Positions 36,171 through 43,281 of a stretch of 43,281 bases of DNA are shown here, in pieces (the first letter of the stretch is position 1; the number at the start of each line of letters is the position of its first letter). The stretch comes from Bacteroidales bacterium. GTDB lineage: Bacteria > Bacteroidota > Bacteroidia > Bacteroidales > S143-33. The notes under the pieces are model-generated. The model had not been told where the DNA came from. It worked only from the letters and a program-made list of their open reading frames with translations, and ran no database searches. The stretch is from assembly GCA_027031265.1 (NCBI GenBank), contig JALVRO010000101.1, positions 1 through 43,281 of the forward strand. Direction: 5' to 3'. The position numbers and the translations under genes are program-made.

Positions 36171-38450
36171 ATGGCATTATTTACAAAACAAGATGCCCTT
36201 GATTATCACAGCAAGGGCAGACCAGGGAAAATAGAAGTTATCCCAACAAAACCGTACTCTACACAAAAAGATCTTTCTCTTGCATACACTCCTGGTGTAG
36301 CAGAGCCTTGCCGTGAAATAGAGAAAAATCCAGAAGATGTATACAAATACACAGCCAAAGGTAATCTGGTAGCAGTCATTTCTAACGGTACAGCTGTTCT
36401 TGGACTCGGTAATATTGGTCCTCTTGCTGGTAAACCTGTAATGGAAGGGAAAGGACTACTTTTCAAAGTTTTTGCTGATGTGGATGTTTTTGATATTGAG
36501 GTTAATGAGCACGATGTTGACAGATTCATCGAAATAGTTAAGGCTATTTCACCAACATTCGGCGGTATTAACCTGGAGGATATCAAAGCACCCGAATGCT
36601 TCGAAATAGAGAAAAGACTGATAGAAGAGCTTGATATCCCTGTATTCCATGACGACCAGCATGGTACTGCTATAATTTCTGGAGCAGGCTTGCTGAATGC
36701 CCTGGAAATAACTGGTAAAAAGATCGAAGACATAAAAGTAGTAGTCAGTGGTGCTGGAGCTGCCGCCATAGCTTGTTCTCAATTTTATGTGCACCTGGGT
36801 GTGAAGAAAGAAAACATTATCATGTTCGATAGCAAAGGTCCTATAACCAAGGACCGCACTGATCTTAACAAGTATAAGATGATGTTTGCCACTGAACGTG
36901 ATATACACTCAATGGAAGAAGCTCTGGATGGTGCAGACATGTTTCTCGGTTTATCTGTAGGTGGCTTGCTCAAGCCAGAGATGGTCAAAAAGATGGCGGA
37001 ACATCCTATTATCTTTGCCCTCGCTAATCCTGATCCAGAGATTACATACGAAGAAGCGGTCAAAGCCCGCCCAGATGTGATTATGGCTACTGGCCGATCT
37101 GATTATCCGAATCAGGTTAACAATGTACTTGGCTTTCCATTCATTTTCCGTGGAGCCCTGGACGTACATGCCAAGAAAATAAATATTGAAATGAAAATCG
37201 CTGCTGCAAAGGCTTTAGCTGCTCTTGCAAAAGAACAAGTACCAGAGGAAGTTGCCAATGCATATAATGTTTCGAATCTAACCTTCGGCAAAGAATACAT
37301 TATACCAAAGCCACTGGATCCACGACTAATCACACGTGTCGCACCAGCTGTGGCAAAGGCTGCTATTGACACAGGAGTGGCCCGCCGCACAATAGAAGAC
37401 TGGGAAGAGTATAAAGCACATCTTGAAGCTCGTATGGGCCACGAAAACAAACTCATTAGAGCTATTCGTCTAAAAGCCCAGTCTGAAACGGATAAACCAG
37501 TTATTGTTTTCCCAGAAGGCGAACACTTCCGTATTCTCAAAGCTGTTACAGAAATTGTCGAGAGTCGTATTGCCAGAGCTATTGTCCTGGGTAATGAGAA
37601 AAAAATTAAGAAGATTGCAGAAGAAAACGCTCTTAACCTGGACAAAATACAGATTATTAACCCTCTTGCAGAAGCTTATGAAGAAAAGCGCAAAGAATAT
37701 GCCTATAAGCTGTGGAAAAAACGTCAGCGCAAGGGACTGACATTTGACGAAGCCATGCACAACGTGCGTAATAATAATTACTTTGGCCTGATGATGGTCG
37801 AAGAAGGAGAAGCAGATGCATTTATCTCTGGCTATGCAACTAAATATAGAAAGGTAATGGCACCTGCTATTCGTGTTATTGGCAAGAGGGATGATGTAAA
37901 AACAGTAGCAGGTCTATACGTTGTGCTCACAAAGAGAGGCCCTTATTTCCTGGCTGATACAACAATCAACACAGAGATAGACGCAGAAAAATTAGCATGT
38001 ATCGCCCGACTGACAGCAGAAGAGGTGCGCAAATTTGGTGTCGAGCCTGTTATTGCCATGCTTTCTTACTCAAACTTTGGCTCAGTGCGTGAAGCACAAA
38101 TTCCAGAGCTTGTCCGTTCAGCTGTTGATTTCTTGCACAAAGAATATCCTGAGCTGGCTGTGGACGGTGATATTCAGGCAAATATTGCCCTGGATAAAGA
38201 TGTACGTGACGAGCTATTCCCTTTTAGCAAGCTTTATGGCAAGCAGGTTAATACTTTGATATTTCCAGAACTGGCTTCTGGCAATATTGCCTACAAGCTA
38301 TTGCATAAGCTGGCAGGTGCTGACCTGATAGGTCCTATCACGCTTGGCCTGAGAAAACCAGTTCATGTACTACAGCTCAATAGCTCTGTGCGTGAAATAA
38401 TTAACATTGCAACAATAGCAGCTACAGATGCAATCACAAGGCGAAATTAA
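36171..38450 (+). CDS. maeB: NADP-dependent malic enzyme (malic enzyme domain plus PTA-like C-terminal domain)
   Basis: 759 aa. Shows [38 protein letters not shown] and GAGAAAIA, then a ~330-aa phosphate-acetyltransferase-like domain ([15 protein letters not shown]). Confidence 0.95.
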   Translation: MALFTKQDALDYHSKGRPGKIEVIPTKPYSTQKDLSLAYTPGVAEPCREIEKNPEDVYKYTAKGNLVAVISNGTAVLGLGNIGPLAGKPVMEGKGLLFKVFADVDVFDIEVNEHDVDRFIEIVKAISPTFGGINLEDIKAPECFEIEKRLIEELDIPVFHDDQHGTAIISGAGLLNALEITGKKIEDIKVVVSGAGAAAIACSQFYVHLGVKKENIIMFDSKGPITKDRTDLNKYKMMFATERDIHSMEEALDGADMFLGLSVGGLLKPEMVKKMAEHPIIFALANPDPEITYEEAVKARPDVIMATGRSDYPNQVNNVLGFPFIFRGALDVHAKKINIEMKIAAAKALAALAKEQVPEEVANAYNVSNLTFGKEYIIPKPLDPRLITRVAPAVAKAAIDTGVARRTIEDWEEYKAHLEARMGHENKLIRAIRLKAQSETDKPVIVFPEGEHFRILKAVTEIVESRIARAIVLGNEKKIKKIAEENALNLDKIQIINPLAEAYEEKRKEYAYKLWKKRQRKGLTFDEAMHNVRNNNYFGLMMVEEGEADAFISGYATKYRKVMAPAIRVIGKRDDVKTVAGLYVVLTKRGPYFLADTTINTEIDAEKLACIARLTAEEVRKFGVEPVIAMLSYSNFGSVREAQIPELVRSAVDFLHKEYPELAVDGDIQANIALDKDVRDELFPFSKLYGKQVNTLIFPELASGNIAYKLLHKLAGADLIGPITLGLRKPVHVLQLNSSVREIINIATIAATDAITRRN

Positions 38451-38488
38451 TAGCAAGTAGATCAAGACCATGAAATACTTGTGCTTTA

Positions 38489-38519
38489 AGACAGAGGCTG
38501 CATGTGGCAGCCTCTGTCT
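38489..38519. terminator. Bidirectional terminator between convergent maeB and DUF2851 genes
   Basis: Perfect 13-bp stem agacagaggctgc (38489-38501) / gcagcctctgtct (38507-38519) with a 5-nt loop. The plus strand is followed by gcttttgtg. The minus strand is followed by taaagcac, a poor U-tail. Confidence 0.75.
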
Positions 38520-38564
38520 GCTTTTGTGCAATAATCCCAAAAAGTGCAGAGACTATCGATTTTC

Positions 38565-39836
38565 TCAGGGAGTGATGGTGGACTTTAGAATATGAACGCC
38601 AAAACGGCAATCTAGACAACGCTCCCTCTGGCAATAGTTTTTGTACAACTGGATTAGAGCCTGACTATCTGTAGCCTTATATCTGGGGTAGGCTAGCTTA
38701 CTGAAAAGACGTGTGATATAATTGTTCTCAAAAGGTAGACTGTCGAGGAAGGAGAGAGCCTTTGCTGTGTGTTGTTTCTCGCCAATATAGCGTCCATAAG
38801 CAAAAAGCACAGGCACTACTGCATTAATGATCAAGCCATGAAGTGCATGTTTACCCAGTTCTTTGGGTTGGAACTTTGAATTTTTAGCAAACCTGAAATG
38901 AGTATCCCAATATGCTGAAGCCTTGACAGAGAATAATTGCAGAATCTCAGATAGGTCTTTCTCCAGGATAAAAGAGAACAGATGATCAGTCTGCGAAAGA
39001 ATGCCTGCCAGCTGCGCAAGGCGAACGGTGGGAAAGTTATAGGGTCTGAGCCTCATAAATTTCCACATCTTCGGGTCAAAAGGTTGTAGGTGTAATTTAC
39101 GCTTATGAAGGTCAAACAGTTGCTGAAGCCTTGTATAATATTGATCATCAATAGGCTGATTAAGAAAGCCTGCCTGACCGAATAGAATGGCCTCAAGCAC
39201 ATCGAGCTGGTCAGTATAACGCTTTAGATATTTGTAACTGATGCTTCGCGCTAATATATGCATAGGTTCTGCGTTGGCCCTGGTACCTAAGGAACGGGCA
39301 ATGCGTTGGAACAACACCTGTTCCCAGTCATTGCTGGAATTTCGGTATTCGCTGATTATCTCTGATGTCCGTTTATCAAGCCGCTCTATTAACAGGTTAT
39401 CAAGCCACCCTATGGTTATGTGTGAAGGGATGCTAGGGAGATAATTATTACACTTTAATACGTCCTTGGCAGAAGTAAGTTTATTATACGCCTCTATCAG
39501 AGATTGCTCTGGTATATGCTCGACAGTTGGTATTTTTTCGCCAGTAGGACGATAAACAGGTTTGTCTTCATGGTAAACAATATGCAAGATAACATTCTGA
39601 TATGCAGGATCTTTGTCATGACTGTGTGCGAACCAATCCGATGATTTTCTGTGCATCTCCACTGCACCGGCCCATACTTTACCATCAATACTGAGTCGCA
39701 CATTAATAAAATCAGGACCAGAGTCCATGGAAGGCAGACCATAAGAAATAATCTTCACAATCTGGCCATCTGTGGTTTCCAGGGTAGAGGGAAAATAACG
39801 GTTTTTCCAGAGAAATGTTAAAAACTTCTCGTTCAT
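38565..39836 (-). CDS. DUF2851 family protein
   Basis: The track ORF starts at 39926. I use the internal ATG at 39836 (MNEKFLTFLWKNRYF), giving 423 aa, because that N-terminus plus ...DSGPDFINVRLSIDGKVWAGAVEMHRKSSDWFAHSHDKDPAYQNVILHIV matches DUF2851 as I remember it. Confidence 0.65.
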   Translation of the reverse strand: MNEKFLTFLWKNRYFPSTLETTDGQIVKIISYGLPSMDSGPDFINVRLSIDGKVWAGAVEMHRKSSDWFAHSHDKDPAYQNVILHIVYHEDKPVYRPTGEKIPTVEHIPEQSLIEAYNKLTSAKDVLKCNNYLPSIPSHITIGWLDNLLIERLDKRTSEIISEYRNSSNDWEQVLFQRIARSLGTRANAEPMHILARSISYKYLKRYTDQLDVLEAILFGQAGFLNQPIDDQYYTRLQQLFDLHKRKLHLQPFDPKMWKFMRLRPYNFPTVRLAQLAGILSQTDHLFSFILEKDLSEILQLFSVKASAYWDTHFRFAKNSKFQPKELGKHALHGLIINAVVPVLFAYGRYIGEKQHTAKALSFLDSLPFENNYITRLFSKLAYPRYKATDSQALIQLYKNYCQRERCLDCRFGVHILKSTITP

Positions 39837-40007
39837 CACTGAATGCTTAACCAGTAATAAAATACTAAAAAATTCTGTGACATGATATAATTTTTGACAG
39901 GATGAGGAATATTTAATTTTTAACACAATGATTAAATGAATAATTGATCTGGAGAGAAAACTCTTTAACCAGAGGAAATTTTACATTTTATATCAACTGG
40001 ATTTTTA

Positions 40008-40015
40008 TAACTTTG
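40008..40015 (+). promoter_or_regulatory. Candidate -7 box TAACTTTG for aspS
   Basis: Exact TAnnTTTG lies 24 nt upstream of the ATG at 40040. It sits inside the 32-codon N-terminal extension of the track ORF. Confidence 0.5.
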
Positions 40016-40039
40016 CACAAACCAATAGAAACGAGCTTT

Positions 40040-41800
40040 ATGTATAGGACACATACCTGCGGAGAACTAAGAATTTCGGATGTTAATAAAGAAGTCACAC
40101 TCTCTGGCTGGATACAGAAAATCAGAGACTTAGGAAGTGTAATATTTATTGATTTACGTGATCGCTATGGCATAACACAGCTTTATTTTGACAATGTGCT
40201 CAATCCAGAGCTTCTGGAGCAAGCCCGCAAACTGGGCAGAGAATATGTCCTGAGAATAAAAGGCTCTGTCAGGGAGAGGGAGAATAAAAATCCAAATATT
40301 CCCACAGGTGACATTGAAATAGTGGTTAAAGAGCTAGAGATACTCAACAAATCAGAAGTTCCTCCCTTTACCATAGAGGAAAACACGGATGGAGGCGAGG
40401 AACAGCTGATGAAATACCGTTATCTGGACCTGCGCCGTCCAAACCTGCAGCGGGCACTACTGCTGCGTTATCAAATGGCCAGGCATATACGTAATTATCT
40501 GGATCAGCATAACTTTGTAGAAATAGAGACACCATTTTTGATAAAATCCACTCCAGAAGGTGCACGCGACTTTATTGTACCTTCCAGGCTTTACAGGGGA
40601 AGCTTTTATGCCTTACCACAGTCTCCACAGCTTTTCAAACAGCTGCTGATGGTAGCAGGCTATGACCGTTACTTCCAGGTTGTTAAGTGCTTCAGGGACG
40701 AGGACTTCAGAGCAGACCGCCAGCCAGAATTCACACAGATTGACTGCGAGCTATCCTTTGTGACACAGGATGATATATTGAATATTTTCGAAGGATTGGC
40801 AAAATACCTGTTCAAGACCATCAAAGGCATTGAATTTACAGATCCATTTCCACGCCTGTCATACAGTGAGGCAATAGAAAGATACGGAACCGACAAGCCT
40901 GATCTACGTTTTGGTATGGAGATTATTGACATAACAAGCCTCTTGCAGGGGCATGGTTTCAAAGTCTTTGACTCTGCTAAGTACATTGGAGGAATAAAAG
41001 TAGAAGGAAAAGCAGATTTTTATTCGCGTAAGAAAATAGACCAGCTCACAGACTTTGTTAAACGCCCACAAATAGGAGCTAAAGGCCTTGCGTGGATCAA
41101 ATATAATACTGATGGCTCGGTAAAATCATCAGTAGATAAATTCTACACACCCGAAACATTACAAAAAGTTCTATCTGAGCTAGATGCACAACCGAATGAT
41201 ATTGTGTTTATTATCTCAGGTGATAAACAGCTGGGTCTAAGGGCACTGGGTGAGTTAAGACTGGAGATTGCCCGTTCACTGAGATTGATTAAAGAAGGTG
41301 ATTTCAAACCTCTGTGGGTAGTGGACTTTCCGATGTTTGAATGGGACGAAGAAGAGGAGCGCTACAAGGCTATGCATCATCCATTCACATCGCCAAAACA
41401 AGAAGACATACCGCTGCTGGATAGAGACCCGGGCAAAGTCAGAGCCAATGCTTACGACTTTGTTATTAATGGTGTAGAAATAGGCGGCGGGTCTATCCGT
41501 ATTCACAAACGAGACATTCAGCAAAAAGTGTTCGAAATACTTGGGCTAACACCGCAGGAGGCAAATGAAAAATTTGGCTTCTTATTAGAAGCATTTAAAT
41601 ATGGAGCACCTCCACATGGTGGAATAGCTTTTGGCTTTGACAGATGGGTAGCGATATTCAATGGTTCAAAATCGATTAAGGATGTCATAGCATTTCCAAA
41701 GAACAGTGCTGGCCGCGACCTGATGCTCGATGCTCCATCGCCAGTAAGCAAAGAGCAGCTCGATGAGCTAGGTATTGAAATAAAACCAGACACCGAATAA
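40040..41800 (+). CDS. aspS: Aspartate--tRNA ligase
   Basis: I use the ATG at 40040 ([11 protein letters not shown], the canonical AspRS N-terminus), giving 586 aa. Class II motifs are present: [26 protein letters not shown] and GIAFGFDRW. Confidence 0.96.
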   Translation: MYRTHTCGELRISDVNKEVTLSGWIQKIRDLGSVIFIDLRDRYGITQLYFDNVLNPELLEQARKLGREYVLRIKGSVRERENKNPNIPTGDIEIVVKELEILNKSEVPPFTIEENTDGGEEQLMKYRYLDLRRPNLQRALLLRYQMARHIRNYLDQHNFVEIETPFLIKSTPEGARDFIVPSRLYRGSFYALPQSPQLFKQLLMVAGYDRYFQVVKCFRDEDFRADRQPEFTQIDCELSFVTQDDILNIFEGLAKYLFKTIKGIEFTDPFPRLSYSEAIERYGTDKPDLRFGMEIIDITSLLQGHGFKVFDSAKYIGGIKVEGKADFYSRKKIDQLTDFVKRPQIGAKGLAWIKYNTDGSVKSSVDKFYTPETLQKVLSELDAQPNDIVFIISGDKQLGLRALGELRLEIARSLRLIKEGDFKPLWVVDFPMFEWDEEEERYKAMHHPFTSPKQEDIPLLDRDPGKVRANAYDFVINGVEIGGGSIRIHKRDIQQKVFEILGLTPQEANEKFGFLLEAFKYGAPPHGGIAFGFDRWVAIFNGSKSIKDVIAFPKNSAGRDLMLDAPSPVSKEQLDELGIEIKPDTE

Positions 41801-41801
41801 T

Positions 41802-42407
41802 ATGTTCTTTCAAACCGTTAACATACACTTCATTGACCTGCTGGTCATCGGATTCCTGGCATTCGGCGCATACAAAGGTTATAAGTATGGCTGGATAGTC
41901 CAGGGCCTTGAGTTGCTTATTGTCTTTATTGGCTTCTATGTAGTAGCATATCTGAGTCATCAGATGTTTCTTACATTTTTATTCCAAGGACTGTCAACAG
42001 CTGAGCTTTTTGCATCACTTGTTCTGGCAGGCGCTTTCATAGTGGTACTGTGGCTGACACACTTTATTCAGCTCACTGTCACAAAGAAAATTAATCAAAT
42101 GGACATGAACATCAAAGATAGAATATGGGGAATCTTGTTTGGTATGCTCAAGTATCTGATAATCATTGGAGTATTTATGGTAACAATCAGGGAAGTGGAC
42201 ATTTTTACAAATTTTTTACCCAAAACAGAAAAAATTGCACCTGTCAGGGGTAGATTTAAATCAATACTTGGCACAGGCACATATTACATGATCACCCTTA
42301 TGTCGCCTAATTTGAAATACGAGCACAATAGACCTGTGAAAAAAATAAAACAACCTACTAAATTTGTAGAACCCAAATCAGCTGACTTTTACGATGACGA
42401 TTTCTAA
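41802..42407 (+). CDS. cvpA: CvpA family membrane protein
   Basis: 201 aa. N-terminus FIDLLVIGFLAFGAYKGYKYG, four TM helices, and DRIWGILFGMLKYLII as in CvpA-type proteins. It starts 1 nt after the aspS stop. Confidence 0.6.
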   Translation: MFFQTVNIHFIDLLVIGFLAFGAYKGYKYGWIVQGLELLIVFIGFYVVAYLSHQMFLTFLFQGLSTAELFASLVLAGAFIVVLWLTHFIQLTVTKKINQMDMNIKDRIWGILFGMLKYLIIIGVFMVTIREVDIFTNFLPKTEKIAPVRGRFKSILGTGTYYMITLMSPNLKYEHNRPVKKIKQPTKFVEPKSADFYDDDF

Positions 42408-42427
42408 ACTCTAAAAACACACAAATC

Positions 42428-43281
42428 ATGAAAACCGTTCTTAGCGGAATAAGACCAACAGGCCATCTACATCTGGGCAATTATTTCGGGGCAGTACGCA
42501 ATTTCGTAAAGCTACAGGATGAGTACAACTGCTTTTACTTTATTGCTGACTACCATTCACTTACAACACATCCCAAACCAGAACATCTACAGCAAAATAT
42601 ACGAACAGTACTTAGCGAATACCTGGCATGTGGATTGGACCCAGAAAAAGCTACAATCTATATTCAGAGTGACGTACCAGAGGTTGCAGAGCTCTACCTT
42701 CTGATGAACATGAACGCTTATGTGGGTGAGCTTGAGCGAACAACAACATTCAAGGAAAAGGTACGCAAACAGCCCAATAATGTGAATGCTGGCCTGCTGA
42801 CTTATGCTGTACTAATGGCTTCTGATATACTTATTCATCATGCTGATTATGTTCCTGTTGGCAAGGACCAGGAACAACACCTGGAGATGACACGCCGCTT
42901 TGCCCGCAGGTTTAACAACATATACGGCGTTGACTATTTCAAAGAACCGCAACCTTTCAATTTCTTTGGTAAAGACTTGATTAAAGTGCCAGGACTGGAC
43001 GGCTCAGGGAAGATGGGTAAGAGCGAAGGTAATGCCATCAACCTCACAGATGATCCAGAGGCTATTCGCAAAAAAGTAATGAAAGCCGTAACTGATGCAG
43101 GTCCACAGGGCCCTAATAGTCCAATGAGCGAACCAATAAAAAACCTTTTTACCTTGCTTGAGCTTGTATCGACTCCTGATACAGTGGAGCATTTCAGAGA
43201 AGAATATAACAAGGCTACTATCCGCTACGTTGACCTGAAGCGCCAGCTAGCAGAGGACATAATCAAATTTACAGAGCCTTT
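42428..43281 (+). CDS. trpS: Tryptophan--tRNA ligase, 3'-truncated by the window edge
   Basis: Not in the ORF track, since there is no stop before the window end. My own translation from the ATG at 42428 reads MKTVLSGIRPTGHLHLGNYFGAVRNFVKLQDEYNCFYFIADYHSLTT...VPVGKDQEQHLEMTRRFARRFN...GSGKMGKSEGNAI. It carries the HIGH-type (HLGN) and KMSKS-type (KMGKS) motifs. The frame stays open to 43281. Confidence 0.93.
   Translation, partial: MKTVLSGIRPTGHLHLGNYFGAVRNFVKLQDEYNCFYFIADYHSLTTHPKPEHLQQNIRTVLSEYLACGLDPEKATIYIQSDVPEVAELYLLMNMNAYVGELERTTTFKEKVRKQPNNVNAGLLTYAVLMASDILIHHADYVPVGKDQEQHLEMTRRFARRFNNIYGVDYFKEPQPFNFFGKDLIKVPGLDGSGKMGKSEGNAINLTDDPEAIRKKVMKAVTDAGPQGPNSPMSEPIKNLFTLLELVSTPDTVEHFREEYNKATIRYVDLKRQLAEDIIKFTEP

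Noticed and set aside
36206-37645. Antisense ORFs of 187, 119, 92, 72 and 177 aa inside maeB
   Set aside because: These are shadow ORFs of a highly conserved, strongly supported CDS. Their A/S/P/T-rich low-complexity translations have no motifs.
39837-40039. N-terminal extensions of both the DUF2851 ORF (to 39926) and the aspS ORF (from 39944)
   Set aside because: Both extensions lie in the shared divergent promoter region. The AspRS and DUF2851 family N-termini start at the internal ATGs, and a -7 box sits inside the aspS extension.
26788-41800. Apparent aspartate theme (ansA produces Asp, nadB oxidises Asp, aspS charges Asp, maeB nearby) as a functional cluster
   Set aside because: The genes lie in separate transcription units on both strands, separated by terminators and unrelated genes. 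All are ordinary housekeeping genes, so this is most likely coincidence.
1-43281. Possibility of a genomic island, prophage, defence island or alternative genetic code
   Set aside because: I found no integrase, transposase, tRNA attachment site, flanking direct repeats or abrupt composition change. Every housekeeping gene is full-length under the standard code, so stop-codon reassignment is not indicated.

Overview
This window is an AT-rich core-chromosome segment (roughly high-30s % GC by eye) that looks like a Bacteroidota bacterium. I call 35 densely packed protein-coding genes; only about 1.6 kb, under 4% of the window, is intergenic by my calls.

Most genes are housekeeping: uvrC, rnpA, rnr, ybeY, mnmG, leuS, aspS, trpS, nadB, pncB, maeB, ansA, adenine deaminase and a polyprenyl synthase. 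They are interleaved with families I remember as Bacteroidota-typical: DUF4271, DUF4292, DUF3098, DUF4254, DUF2851 and DUF1987. All family names come from memory and motif reading, not from a search. The phylum call also rests on exact TAnnTTTG -7 promoter boxes upstream of first-in-unit genes.

I see no rRNA, tRNA, CRISPR array, transposase, integrase, phage genes or compositional island. I therefore cannot point to a clear-cut novel accessory or defence system.

The best leads are all hypotheses:
1. A translationally coupled block at 9065-14618. It encodes a LolB-like lipoprotein, an EnvC-like M23 protein that has lost every catalytic His, a 1085-aa membrane-anchored Q-rich coiled-coil giant, and an orphan RsbW/SiaB-like serine kinase.
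2. An 857-aa sensor (4-helix bundle, HAMP, GAF, coiled coil, PAS-like) ending in a ligand-complete hemerythrin domain, with no recognisable enzymatic output.
3. An orphan SiaC-like DUF1987 protein about 10 kb from the orphan kinase.
4. A roughly 290-nt unassigned non-coding stretch downstream of the sensor gene.

Several ORF-track starts are over-extended. I moved them to internal ATGs that sit just downstream of promoter boxes.
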